A stretch of 64,000 bases of DNA from Malacoraja senta (GCA_038087875.1 CM075999.1:1552001-1616000), one strand, 5' to 3'; positions 38,181 through 51,750 are shown, counted from the first letter of the stretch. Notes: generated from the sequence alone by a model not told the origin. Numbers and translations are program-made.

Positions 38181-38375
38181 TAGGCACAAAATGCTGGAGT
38201 AACTCAACGGGACAGACAGCATCTCTGGATAGAAGGAATGGGTGACGTTTCGACTCAGTGTGAAGGGTCTCGTCACCCATTCCTTCTATCCAGAGATGCT
38301 GCCTGTCCCGCTGAATACTCCAGCATTTTGTGCCTATCTTCGGTGTAAACCAGCATCTGCAGTTCCTTCCTGCAC
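38181..38375. repeat. Fold-back (inverted) Penelope-type repeat
   Basis: Arms 38181-38247 and 38271-38336 are near-perfect reverse complements. Confidence 0.85.
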
Positions 38376-39464
38376 ATTTCGCCCATGGAGAGGTCAGGCC
38401 ACCATGTCAATGACTTAATTCAGGGAAGGGAAATGGGTTCCCGTCATGGATTCCTGTGCTTCAACCCTTGTTCATTTGCTCATGGCAATAGTATTCGTCC
38501 AATTTCATGCATGCAAAACCTGCAATACATTCATTCCTGTGGTTTGCAGACTGCTTGTAAAATTTGTTTCCGCATCCATTGAAAGAGGTCATGAAGGGAC
38601 AATTCTCAGAAGTCTTCTGCGGAAACTAAGATATGTCTCTTTTGAAAATCCCATACATTGCATATTGATTATCCAATTTCTATGGCATATAATGAAAGAG
38701 TGGGTATTCCTGACCTTACCATGAAGACAATCATGTAATGGCCATATTGCCTGCAACAAAATCACTTTCACAATTTCAAAATTACTTCAAAAAATTTGGG
38801 CTTTGAGGGAAAGGTAGAAAAAGTGTTAAGGAAGTGCAAGACTTTTTTTACGAGTGTGACCTGTGAAAAAAAGTTAAGTGTTTATTATTAAGCTCCTCAT
38901 TGTGTTGGTTATGGATTATGGATTTTGTGAATCATTAACTAAGGTAACTGAGATAATAGGAAATGATCCATGAAAACAAAATAGGGGCTCAATATGTGCC
39001 AACTTTTCTGGCCAGAGGGCAACTAACATTACAGTCGAGATGGAGTCACGGGGAATGAGGGAAAGCATTTTGCTCGCGAGAAGGTTCCACAAGTAACCAA
39101 GGGATCATCATGTTCATAAGTTCTGGGAGCAGAATAAGGCCATTCAGCCCATCAATTATGGCTGATCTATCTTTTCCTCTCAACCCCATAATGACCATGT
39201 ACTTTGTTTTCTGTAAATTTGGGAATAAATATTAGGTAGAAACCTGGACCATTCATAAGTTCTTGGGGCTGAATTAAGCTGTTGACCCATCAAGTCTACT
39301 CCGCCATTCAATCGTGGCTGATCTATCTCTCCCTCTCAACTCCTTTCGCCTGCCATCGCCCCATAACCCCTGATACTAATCAAGAATCCGTCAATCTCCA
39401 CCTTGAAAATATCCATTGACTTTGACCATTGACATAGCCATCTCCGCTTCAAAAGAAAAATAGT

Positions 39465-39760
39465 TTGGAGATTAGAGATACAGTGTGGATACGCCCATCA
39501 GCCCACTGATTCCACGTTGACCATCAATTACTCATACACCAGTTCTATGTTATCCCTCTTTCGTATCCTACGCAATAGGGGCAATTTACAGAAGCCAATT
39601 AACCTACAAACATGCACGGCTTTGGAATGTGGGTGGAAACCAGAACTGCTGGAGACAACCTCTGCTGTCACGGGGAGAATGTGCAAATTCCCCGCAGACA
39701 GCAGGCTGTAGTCAGGGCCGAACCCGGGTCTCCAACGCCGTGAGGCAGCCACCGTGCCAC
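39465..39760 (-). mobile_element. HE1-like SINE (older)
   Basis: Homology to other copies. Confidence 0.78.
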
Positions 39761-40279
39761 TGTGTTGACCCTCGGTGATTTTTTACAACCACTTGATAAG
39801 CTTACAGTTTAATCCAAAGCATCACCAGCTGTGCAAAACTCATTCATTACTCACTAGACAATCAATCTAGATTTCTGCAGGTCAGTCTCCAGGTCGGAAT
39901 TTGGATTTGGCATCTTCCGGCTCAGCAGGTGAGCCACACCATAAATGTTTATGTCAACAATGAAGTGTAATGTGTGGACCATTATATAGAAGTTCCAATT
40001 CCAGTCATTGAGTCATGCAGCACGGAAACAGGCCCTTCGGCCCAACTTGTCCATGCCGACCAAGATGCTGCATCTAATCTTAATTCCATTATTCTGTGTT
40101 TGGCCCATATCCCTCTAAACTTTTTCTACTCCTATATCTGTTCAAGTGTCTTTTAAATGCTGTTTTAGTGTCTGCTTCAACTATCACCTCGGGCAGCTCG
40201 TTCCATGGACCCACCACCCTCTGTGAGCAAAGATTGCCCCTCAGCATAATAAATCCTGTCCCTCTCACCTTATACACGG

Positions 40280-40572
40280 TGCGACATGGTGGAGCAGCGG
40301 TAGAGTTGCGGCCTTACAATGCCAGGGACCCGGGTTCTATCCTGACTATGGGTGTTTGTCTGTATGGAGTTTTATGTTCTCCCCGTGACCTGCGTGGGTT
40401 TTCTCTGGGATTTCTGGTTTCCTCCCACATTCCAAAGACGTACAGGTTTGTAGGTTAATTGGCTTGGTATAATTGTAAATGGTCCCTAGTGTGTGTTAAT
40501 GTGCGGGGATCTCTGGTCGGCGCGGACACGGTGGGCCGAAAGGCCTGGTTCCGTTGTATCTCTAAACTAAAC
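40280..40572 (+). mobile_element. HE1-like SINE
   Basis: Head, core, tail. Confidence 0.85.
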
Positions 40573-41309
40573 ATTGTCTGTAATTCATTTTCACCCAGTC
40601 CACAGCTAACAAAGGCCTGTTTCCTTTATTATTATTACTTTTTTGCATATCACTGAATTGTTCTATATCTCACTATATCACCATCTATATCATCCATTTC
40701 ACTTTACCCTAACTCGCAGTCAGTAGAGGGGTCTTGACCCGAAACATCACCTATTCCTTTTCTGTAGAGATGCTGCCTGACTCACTGAGTAACTCCAGTG
40801 TTTTGTGTCTATAAACTGAACAGAACATGTTCTCTTGTTTTTGATTCCCCTTATCCCGGGTAAAAGACTCTGGGTGGAATCTATTCCCTTCAATTCTTGA
40901 GTCACACATTTGCAGCCAATATGCTGGATATTATGGTACTCACAGCAACAAAGGTTGGGCAGCCAGTATTGATTTAACTTACTGTAAATAAGCCTTCATG
41001 ACAATAAGCAATCGAGCTGTCATGCTGAATAGCTCGCATGTTGTATCCACTCCCTGCATAAAGCAAAGTAACAAGAGACAGAGTGAAACAATGAGAGATT
41101 GTTTCCCAGAAATTCAATCAACAGTGATTATGCCATGTAAATAAAGCTTTGCATAATCAGCAGCAGAGTTTCGGCCCGAAACGTTGCCTATTTCCTTCGC
41201 TCCATAGATGCTGCCTCACCCGCTGAGTTTCTCCAGCACTTTTGTCTACCTTCGATTTTCCAGCATCTGCAGTTCCTTCTTAAAAACAATGTGGCCATTT
41301 CTGTTCTGT

Positions 41310-41800
41310 TGTGGGGTAGACTGAGACTGAATGCTCCCACCCCCCCCCCCCCCCCCCCCCCGTTCCCTCCTCAATCTTTGCACATCGCCAATCCTTTCCA
41401 CTTGTCACTTTAATTTAATGTTTCATGTATTTTGTGTTTTTTATGACTGTTGGCAGTCTGCAGGACTGGTGGGCGGCAGCTTCGACCACCCCGGGCCGCG
41501 GTGTTTGAGCCGCGGGACTGATTTAACATCGCCCGGGGGGTATCGCCTCAGCGCAGAGGGAGAAGAGGAGGGAAGAGACTGCAGACCTAAGACGTTTTGC
41601 CTCCATCACAGTGAGGATATGCTGGGTGGACTCACTGTGGTGGATGTTAATATGTGTTTATTGTTGTTTTATTGTATTATATGTATGACTGCCGCAATTT
41701 CGTCCAGACTTCGGTCTGAACGACAATAAAGGCATATCTATCTATCTATCTATCAATATCCCTCTTGGATAAATAAAGTTCTATCGTATCGCATCGTATT
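41310..41800 (+). mobile_element. Rex1-like 3' end with a GC-rich ~300-bp element (~41457-41755) nested in its tail
   Basis: Host sequence GACTGTTGGCAG|ATCAA is contiguous in the 29.2-kb copy; insert ends ACAATAAA..(TATC)n. Confidence 0.65.
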
Positions 41801-44359
41801 GATTCGTACGTACATTTCATATTAATAATAATAATAATTCATTTTATTTACTGGCGCCTTTCTAAAACCCAAGGACACCTTACAAGGCATAGAATCACAA
41901 AAATACAAAACACATAATCGGAATAAATTAAATATAAAAACATTTATATTTAAAATATAATTGTGTGCGTAGTGCGTGAAAATGAATACTTTGCCCCAGC
42001 AGTGGGACTCCATGCTTCTCTATTTTTTAAGTTATTGTTTTGTTGGACAACCACGTGCCAAAGATGCTCTTATGATGCCGTTCATGAGTTCCAAGGTTTT
42101 GACCCAGTGTCATAGAGATGTAGAGTCACACAGCACAGAAACAGGCCCATCAGCTCAACTTGCCCATGCCCCAATTGATGCAGGAGTAATTTAGGCAGGG
42201 CGCATGCCCTTGTAAGGAATAAACTAGACATAAAATGGTGAATCACAAAGGGAAGGGTTTGTGTCAAACACAGTCATTATAACTTTCAACCTGCAATGAA
42301 TATGGGGAGAGCATCGAACGGTACAGCACAAGATGTCTGTTCCGAACACGATGCCAAGACCATCGCTTATCAACGTGCACATAACCTGTATCCCCTCATT
42401 CCTTGCATGTCCAAATGCCTATCCAAAGGTCTTTTAAATGCCGCCAATGTACAGTATCTGCTTCAACCACCACCCCTGGCATTGCGTTCCAGGCACTCAC
42501 CACGCTCTGTATTAAAAAGAACTTTCCCCGGACATCTCATTCAAACTTTGTCCCTCTCACCTTAAAGCTATGCCCTCTAGTATTTGATTTTTCCAGCCTG
42601 GGAAAAATATTTTGACTGCCTACCCTATCTATGCCTCTCACAATTTAATATACTTCTATCAGGTCTCCCCGCAACCTGGCTCGGTTAGGCCAGAAATGTT
42701 CAGGTGAGCAGTGTTTAGAATTGAGTTACAATTGATTAAAGGGAATTGAAGTAACAGTAAAGAGTTAAAATTCTGCAAGATCATTAAAGCTGCAGCAGTG
42801 CATCGGATTTTATTATTTGTATCATTTTTTATCATATAATCTTCTATCGCGTAGATCATTCGCACTTTGTCTTATATAAAGTTATATGTTGCATTACATC
42901 TGTTGTAGTGTTAATTGCTTTTGGTAAATGTTTAAAAAGGAGTTCTGAGTCTATGAATCTTGCTGAGTTTTACATCAGCAAGCCAGATTCAAGACCAAAC
43001 ATCCTTGTCCCTTCATCCTTGTTCTTCTCAATAGTAGAAGTCACCTAAATGGGAGTCAAGAGTAGAAGGATATACTTGACAAATTAAATCGGATGATCTG
43101 TTGAGGTTTGGGGAGATGCGATTCATGTCATGATAGCATTTTCCCCACAGCCATCAGACTATTAAACTCAACTCAAACAAAAATCTGAACTTTAATAGCC
43201 TATTGCACTTTATATGTTCATTTATGTGTGTATATATATATTCAATGGTATATGGACACATTGATCTGTTCTGTATTTATTTATGCCTACAATATTCTGT
43301 TGTGCTGAAGCAAAGCAAGAATTTCATTGTCCTATCTGGGACACATGACAATAAACTATCTTGAACTTGAGCATTTGATCAAGTGAGGCATCAGAGAACC
43401 TTTAAAACACACCATTGATCGATTGATTGATCGGTCGATCAGTACTTTGTTATCACATGTGACATGTCATCGTGAAATTCTTTGTTTTGCATACCATACA
43501 CAAGGTAACCATTACTAACCATTGATTCACCATTGGTCAGTCTAAGAACTGCAAGGATAATACTCAGATGCTGACAACTCTTACTTCCCAAGTCTCAGGT
43601 AATGATTATATCCAAAAGGAGATGGTATAAATATCTATCCTTGACGTTCAGCGGTATCAACATCATTGAGTACCTGCACCATCAACATCCTTGAGGCCAC
43701 AATAATCCAGAATGTGCAATGGACCAATCTTCCTATCTTTAAGGTAAATGCAAATCAGCCACAATCGAATGGTGAAGCAGACTCGATGGGCCAAATGGCC
43801 TAATTCTGCTCCTATGTCTATGGTCTAACCAACTAAATCCTATAGTTACAAGAGCAAACCTCCACAATGGAAACTATGAAGGTATGTGGTGTGAGTTTTA
43901 ATGGGCGGTTGGCAAACCACAGGTAGGTATGGCAGTAAATGAACAATAGCTAACATCTAAGCAATACAATGTGCAGTTTACCACAAATAAAAATAACATA
44001 CTGTATGCAGAAGGGTTCCGACCCGAAATGTTACCTATTCCTTTTGTCAGGCGATGCTGCCTGACCCGTTGTGTTACTACAGCATCTTGCGTCACTCTTC
44101 GTTAACCAGCATCTGTAGTTCCTTCCAACACAGAGAAAGTGATGATATCTTTGAATATTCACAGTAGTTTAGAAGAGTCTCCTTGGGATAGTTGCTATTT
44201 TTTGAGAAAATTAATTGTATTCAGGAACACAACCTAGAATAATAGCTGCGTATATTTCTTCATTGACACTCTGGGTAGTCATACTTTTTTATTGCAATAT
44301 CATTAGGTCAATCATATCAGACCATTGACAGTAATGACAAGCAGTCACTGTGTGGAAAT

Positions 44360-44494
44360 AAGGAAATAGGCAACGTTTCGGGCCGAAACGTTGCCTATTT
44401 CCTTCGCTCCATAGATGCTGCTGCACCCGCTGAGTTTCTCCAGCATTTTTGTGTACCTTCGATTTTCCAGCATCTGCAGTTCCTTCTTAAACAC
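44360..44494. repeat. Penelope-type repeat with perfect 22-bp fold-back
   Basis: AAGGAAATAGGCAACGTTTCGG-G-CCGAAACGTTGCCTATTTCCTT; body near-identical to 41166-41285. Confidence 0.85.
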
Positions 44495-45526
44495 AGTGTG
44501 AAATAAGTTGGGCTGATGGAGAGGTTACTGAAGTTCATCTGAACATTTTATGACTGAAAAGCGCCAAGTACCTTACTGACCTTTCTGTAAGTTTCACAAT
44601 CGAATTGACTCCATTTTACGGTGGAAGCGGAGTTTAAAAAAAAAAAGTTAAACGCAGTGTGGAAAACTACCAGCAGGATAAAAGGCAACTATTGCTGTAT
44701 AATAAAATACATTATCTACAAACAATGCTCATGAAGATTGAAGTACATGATGTCTAATCAGACGATATGTAGAAATCTCAGGGAATTACCTAGACTGAGT
44801 CTGAAGACGTGTATCGACCTGAAACTTCACCCATTCCTTCTCTCCAGAGATGCTGCCTGTCCTGCAGAGTTACTCCAGCTTTTTATGTCTATCTTTGGTT
44901 TAAACCAGCATCTGCAGTTCCTTCCTACACAATAAATAGATTTATTGACAGCCATATAGAGCCTCTCTACAGCACGGAAGGTCCTCTTGTCCATTACACT
45001 TGATTAAATCTTCATTATTTAAAAATCGAGGCTGCCAACTTTGACTGTGGTTGGAATTTGATGAACCCTTCTCGATTACTGAAGAAGGGTCTTGACCCGA
45101 AATGTCACCTATCCATGTTCTCCAGAGATGCCACCTGACCCGCTGAGTTACTCCAGCACTTTGTGTCCAGTTGGGATTTGATTGATTGATTGGATTGAAA
45201 GGTATAGCGTGGAAACAGGCTCTTTGACCCACCGAGTCTAAGCCGACGATCAATCACCTGTTTACACTAGTTCTATGTTATCCCACTTGTGCATCAATTC
45301 CCTGCCCACCAGGGGCAATTTACAGAGGCCAATTAACCTACAAACCCGCATGTCTTTGGGATGTGTGTAGCCCACATCCTTACACACCCCTCAACAAACA
45401 TGTCCCTTTGGTCACCATCCATGTACATTGCCATGGAATGGTGAGATCCCACAACCAATCATTACCAGATTAGTTGGTAATAGTCTATCAGCCAAAGAGC
45501 CATTTTATTTCCAACCCCAGTACTTG

Positions 45527-46480
45527 TTACATAGATACATAGATACATAGAAAATAGGTGCAGGAGTAGGCCATTCGGCCTTTCGAGCCTGCACCGCCAT
45601 TCAATATGATCATGGCTGATCATCCAACTCAGTATCCCGTACCTGCCTTCTCTCCATACCCCTGATCCCCTTAGCCACAAGGGCCACATCTAACTCCCTC
45701 TTAAATATAGCCAATGAACTGGCCTCAACTACCCTCTGTGGCAGAGAGTTCCAGAGATTCACCACTCTCTGTGTGAAAAGTTTTTCCTCATCTCGGTCTT
45801 AAAGGATTTCCCCTTATCCTTAAGCTGTGACCCCTTGTCCTGACTTCCCAACATCGGGAACAATCTTCCTGCATATAGCCTGTCCAACCCCATAAGAATG
45901 TTGTACGTTTCTATAAGATCCCCTCTCAATCTCCTAAATTCTAGCGAGTATAAGCCAAGTCTATCCAGTCTTTCTTGCATATGAAAGTCCTGACATCCAG
46001 GAATCAGTCTGGTGAACCTTCTCTGCACTCCCTCTATGGCTATAATGTCCTTCCTCAGATTTGGAGACCAAAACTGTACGCAATACTCCAGGTGTGGTCT
46101 CACCAAGACCCTGTACAACTGCTGTAGAACCTCCCTGCTCCTATACTCAAATCCTTTTGCTATGAAAGCTAACATACCATTCGCTTTCTTCACTGCTGCT
46201 GCACTGCATGCCTACTTTCAATGACTGGTGTACCATGACACCCAGGTCTCGCTGCATCTCCCCATTACCTAGTCGGCCACCATTTAGATAATAGTCTGAT
46301 TTCCTGTTTTTGCCACCAAAGTGGATAACCTCACATTTATCCACATTATACTGCATCTGCCAAACATTTGCCCACTCACCCAGCCTATCCAAGTCACCTT
46401 GCAGTCTCCTAGCATCCTCCTCACAGCTAACACTGCCCCCCAGCTTAGTGTCATCCGCAAACTTGGAGATGTTGCCTTCA
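45527..46480 (-). mobile_element. CR1 3' portion, same subfamily as 30553-32783
   Basis: ORF pieces 45759-46481 match CR1 RT C-terminus; (TATCTATG)n tail; many 1-bp deletions. Confidence 0.93.
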
Positions 46481-46525
46481 TGAACTCATAAGCAAAAGCA
46501 CAGAAGGAAATGAAGCACTAATCTT

Positions 46526-46832
46526 TAGATTTTTTTTAGTTTTAGAGATACAGAGCGGAAACAGGCACTTCGGCCCACCGAGCCCCACCGACCAGCGATC
46601 CCGTGCACGAACACTATCCTACACACACGGGGCAATTTACATTTTTCCCAAGCCAATTAACCTACAAACATGTACGTCTTTGAGTGTGGGAGGAAACCGA
46701 AGATCTCAGAGAAAACCCACGTGGTCACGGGGAGAAAGTACAAACTACGTACAGACAGCACCCGTTCGGGATAGACTCGGCTCTCTGGCGCTGTAAGGCA
46801 GCAACTCTACCGCTGCACCACCACGCTGCCCC
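46526..46832 (-). mobile_element. HE1-like SINE
   Basis: Reverse copy with several short deletions. Confidence 0.85.
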
Positions 46833-46939
46833 AATCTCTGTTGATTCTGGAGGGCAAGATTGATGAATAGGCTGGAAATGGGGCTTGGGTTGAGGCTGGG
46901 ACCAAGTGGAAAGGTTTAAGAGGGTAGGGTGCTATTTTG

Positions 46940-49055
46940 GCTCAAACAAGGTGAAAGGGAAAACATCTAATAGGAATCTGAGGGGTTACTTTTCATACAA
47001 AGGGTGGTGGGTGAAGGCCAGAGGAGGTAGGTGAGGCAGGGACCATCCTAACATTCACGAAACAGTTGGACAAGTACATGGATAGGACATGTTTGGAGGG
47101 ATATGGGCCAAAAGTGGGCAGGTGGGGCCAGTGTACCTGGAACATTGGTGGCCGATGTGGGCAAGTTGGGCCGATGGGCCTGTTTCCACACTGTATCTCT
47201 ATGACTCTAAGAGGCTAAGGAAGTGGGAGGTGAGAGTAAGGGGGATTATCTTGATGGACAGTGTCATTGACATGTGTGATGGAAAATATTGTGGAGAGGA
47301 TGCGCCGAGGAACTGTTGGCAATAGCCCACTTTAACATTGACGAAGACACAGAAATTAGGGAGGATTTAGAATCAAGGGACAGGGAGAGAAATACATTTA
47401 AAATATGGATTAAGAGAATGTATCCCCGACTCTGGGGGAAAAGACAGCGAGTGTTCACTGTGTCCACAGAAGGTAGTTGAGGCCAGTTCATTGGCTATAT
47501 TTAATAGGGAGTTAGATGTGGCCCTTGTGGCTAAAGGGATCAGGGGTATGGAGAGAAGGCAGGTACAGGATACTGAGTTGGATGATCAGCCATGATCATA
47601 TTGAATGGCGGTGCAGGCTCGAAGGGCCGAATGGCCTACTCCTGCACCTATTTTCTTTGTTTCTATGTTTCTATCTGTGCCCCTCTTGATTTCGCGCACA
47701 TCAAAAAGGTCACGCCTCAGCCTCCTGTGCGCCAAAGAGAAAAGTCCCAGCTGATCTAGCCTCTCCCTTTCACTGAAGCCCGCAAACACGTAACATCCTG
47801 GCAAATCTTTCTGAACCCTTTCCAACAGAATGATGCCCTTCCTATAACAGGTCACCCAGAACTATATACGCTACTGCTCCCAGTGTGGTCTTACCAATGA
47901 CTTGTGCAGCTGGATCGTGATGTCCCAACTTTATACTCAATACCCATCCCAAGGAATTGTGGTTAGTTTATTGTGTCACTGGTATCAAGATACAGCGAAA
48001 AGCTTTTGTTTGCATGCAATCACTAAATGAAAAGACTACAAATGAATACATTCGAGCATCCACAGTACAACATTTCATGCAAAAATATAACATTGAAGTC
48101 TGATAAAGTACAAAGTTCAAAGGCAAGCGGGCCAAACACCTTCTTCACTGCCCTGTCCACCTGACTCGCCACTTTCAGGGTACCATGCACCTGTACTCCC
48201 TGACCTCTAGGTTCAACAATACTCTCCAGAGTTCTTTGTAACTCATGTAAATGTAATCATTTACTTTGTAACTCATGCCCTGGCGTGACTAACCAACTCC
48301 ACACTGTCAGAGATAAATTCCATTTGCCCTTTGACCATTCCTTGGTCCACCTGTTCAACTGATCTAGATCCTGTTGCAAACTCAGATATCCTTCCTCACT
48401 GTCGGCAGTGCTTGGCCGGCACAGTGGCGCAGCGTTAGAGTTGTTGCCTTTACAGCACCAGAGACCCCAGGTTCGATCCTGACTATGGGTGCTGTCTGTA
48501 CGGAGTTTGTACGCTCTCCCTGTGACCACGTGGGTTTTTTACAGGCGCTCATGATTCCTTTCACATCCCAAAGACGTAAAGGTTTGTAGGTTCATTGGCT
48601 TCTGTAAATTGTAAAGTGGTCCTAGTGTGGAGGATAATACCAATGTACATGGTGATCGCTGGTCGGCGTGGACCCGGAGGGCTGAATGGCCTGCTTCCAT
48701 GCTGTATCTCTAAAGTCTAAAGTCCACTATACCAGCAATTTTAATGTCATCTGCAAATTTACAAACAATGCTTTCACCCAAATCGTCAATGTAGTTAACA
48801 AACAACAGTGAACTCAGCACCGATCTGTGTGCCACTCCATTGGTCATTGGCCTCCAATCCAAAAAAACAGTCATACACAACGTTGAAGAATTCGTAACAG
48901 AGTATCCTACATCCAACAGTCTTTTGGGACATCTACACCAACTAGCCTTTCAATCCTTCCCCCAAGCCGATTTTGATTCCAATCAGCCTTGGATTCCATG
49001 TGATTTCACTTTCCATCCAGCCTACCATGCAGGACCTTGTCAAAGGTCGTACTAA
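46940..49055. mobile_element. Cluster of CR1 fragments in both orientations, one split by a SINE at 48417-48722
   Basis: CKFADD..IAGIVD (48710-48916), LQQDLDQL, CR1 tails at ~47205 and ~47670. Confidence 0.75.
48417..48722 (+). mobile_element. HE1-like SINE inserted in a CR1 RT fragment
   Basis: A/B boxes, core, tail; CR1 sequence on both sides. Confidence 0.87.
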
Positions 49056-49294
49056 AGCCCAAAATGTCAGCCATTCCTTCTCTCCGGAGATGCTGCCTGT
49101 CCCGTTGAGTTACTCCAGCATTTTGTGTTCATCTTCCATATAAATAAATAACATTTCCTGCCGTGCCCTCATCCACCCTTTTTGTGACTTCTTCGGATCA
49201 GATTCACAAGACACAATTTCCCCGCACACAAAACCATGCTTACTATCTCTAATCAATCCAAGCCTATCCAAACGCTGGTTGATCCTGTCCCTAA

Positions 49295-49633
49295 TGGGCC
49301 TGTCCCACTTACGCGACTTTTTCAGCGACTGCCGGCACCCGTCATAGGTCGTTGCAGGTCGCCGAAAATTTTCAACGTTGAAAATCCAGCGGCGACCAGA
49401 GAGACGCTACGACTCTTTGGGCGACTGAGGAGACGACTCACGACCATACAGGCGAAACTCTGGCGACATGTCGCGGGGTGAAGCCTGTGTGGTCGTGAGT
49501 AGTCGCCCAGAGAGTCGTACCTTGTTCTGGTCGCCGCTGGATTTGAAACATGTTGAAAATTTTTGGCGACCTGCAACGACCTATGACGGGTGCCGGCAGT
49601 CGCCGAAAAAGTCGCGTAAGTGGGACAGGCCCG
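49295..49633. mobile_element. PIF/Harbinger-type MITE, almost fully palindromic
   Basis: TSD TAA (49292-94 / 49634-36); arms complementary over most of the length. Confidence 0.9.
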
Positions 49634-50226
49634 TAAGAATCCCGTCTGACAACTTTCCCACCACTGGCGTCAGGCTCACTTGGCCTGTAGTTCCCTTGCT
49701 TGTCCTTGCTTCCCATCTTAGGTAACGGTACAACATGAGTTTGCCGTTCATTTCCTGCAAATTCTGGGCTACTTTATCAAGAAAAAAATGACAATTAAAT
49801 CTGATAATAATTGTTGCAGAGCATCCAAGTGAAAATGGAAATTGCCATGGTTACAATCGTTGTTCCAGACAACAAGAGCCACAGCCTTTCAATAGACACA
49901 CTGGCAACAACTTGAAATCTCTTTGAGGCAATTACATACGGTGCAAACACGCAGGGTGACACATGCCATGAAAATGCAAGCGCCAACAGGATCAGATTGC
50001 ATTCTTTGCATGTGAAAAGGTTGCACAACAGGTATTTAGGGACAACTTTACCTCCACCAGCTGCAACCTGTGGAGGTGAAGTTTAGATTAAGAATTAACT
50101 GCAGTTGAACTGAATTAAAAAAATAAAATGGAGAAACGAAGAACTGCAGATGCGGGTTACTACACACAAGGACACAGAGTGCTGTAGTAACTCACCAGGT
50201 CAGGCAGCATCTCTGGAGAACATGGA

Positions 50227-50520
50227 GGCATGGTGGCACAATGGTAGAGTTGCTGCTTTACACCACGAGAGACCTAGGTTCGATCCTGACTATAGGTGCT
50301 GTCTGTATGGAGTTTGTACGTTCTCCCCGTGGCCATGTGGGTTTCCTCCTCCCACACTCCAAAGATGTCCAGGTATGTAGGTTAATTGGCTTCGGGAAAG
50401 ATTATAAATTGTCCCAAATATGTAGGAAAGTGCTCGTGTACCGATCGCTGTTTGGCGTGGACTCGGTGGGCCGTAGGGCCTGTGTCCATGCTGTATCTCT
50501 AAACTATACGTAAACTAAAC
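50227..50520 (+). mobile_element. HE1-like SINE inserted in a Penelope-type fold-back (50136-50680)
   Basis: AACATGGA repeated at both junctions. Confidence 0.87.
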
Positions 50521-51177
50521 ATGGATAGGTGACATTTCTGGTCAAGCCCCTTCGTCAGAGTCTTATGTCTTAGCTCTTAGGTCTGGAGAAGGGTCTCGAT
50601 CTGAAACATGGCCTATTTATGTTCTCCAGAGGTGCTGCCTGACCTGTTGAGTTATTCCAGCACTTTGTGTCCTTTTGTAAAATGTAAATGGTTTTGAAAA
50701 GAAGGCTTCAGTAAAGGAATGGACATGAGATTTATCTTACATTGACATTGTTCACTAGAGTTACACACCAACACCCTGCAGAGCCAATTTGTTGTTGACT
50801 AGGGTGACTTGGCATCTAGTGGGCACGACATTCATGTTGTCCACTCACTCACCTGCCCACAGCAGCTGGAGGTCCAAGTTATTTTGTTATTTAGAATCGC
50901 ATTGGTATTTGGCCAAGAATCTCGTGAACCTTTAGGTATGTGTTTAATCGCATAACTGAGCACAAGAAAAACGTGGCTAATTTGATTATCGCCACACCTA
51001 AGATTCTCTGCATGCTCGGGAGTGTACAGAATGTAGTTAAAGGGAAATTTTTTGGGTATTCTAAAGTGGGAATTGCAATTACGCAACTAAATAATATAGC
51101 CGTCTTACGAACAAGTGAAGATCCAGTGGAGAGGGCTGGAAATCATTGTGGTTGATTTCATTTTGCAAATGTTCTGC

Positions 51178-51750
51178 AAATGTTCCCGATGTTGGGGGAG
51201 TCCAGAACCAGGGGCCACAGTTTAAGAACAAGGAGTAAGCCATTTAGAACGGAGACGAGGAAACACTTTTTCTCACAGAGAGTGGCGAGTCTGTGGAATT
51301 CTCTGCCTCAGAGGGCGGTGGAGGCAGGTTCTCTGGATGCTTTCAAGAGAGAGCTGGGTAGGGCTCTTAAAAATAGCGGAGTCAGGGGATATGGGGAGAA
51401 GGCAGGTTCGGGGTACTGATTGGGGATGATCAGCCATGATCACATTGAATGGCGGTGCTGGCTCGAAGGGCCAAATGGCCTACTCCTGCACCTATTGTCT
51501 ATTGTCTATTGTCAATTGGTTCCTGTGGAAAGCACTCGGCCTTGACTCACTGGAGTTCAGAAGGTTGAGGGGGGACCTCATTGAAACTTGCAGGATAATG
51601 AAAGGCATAAATAGAATGGATGATGAAAGGATGTTTTCACTGGTGGGAGAGTCTAGCACCAGAGGTCATAGTCTCAGAATTAAAGGGCGCGGTTTTAGAA
51701 AGGAGGTGGGGAGGAATTTATTTAGTCAGAGCGTAGTTAATCTGTGGAGG
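51178..51750 (+). mobile_element. Two adjacent CR1 3' fragments
   Basis: ORFs 51180-51419 and 51436-51789 (SLEFRRLRGDLIE). Confidence 0.88.
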
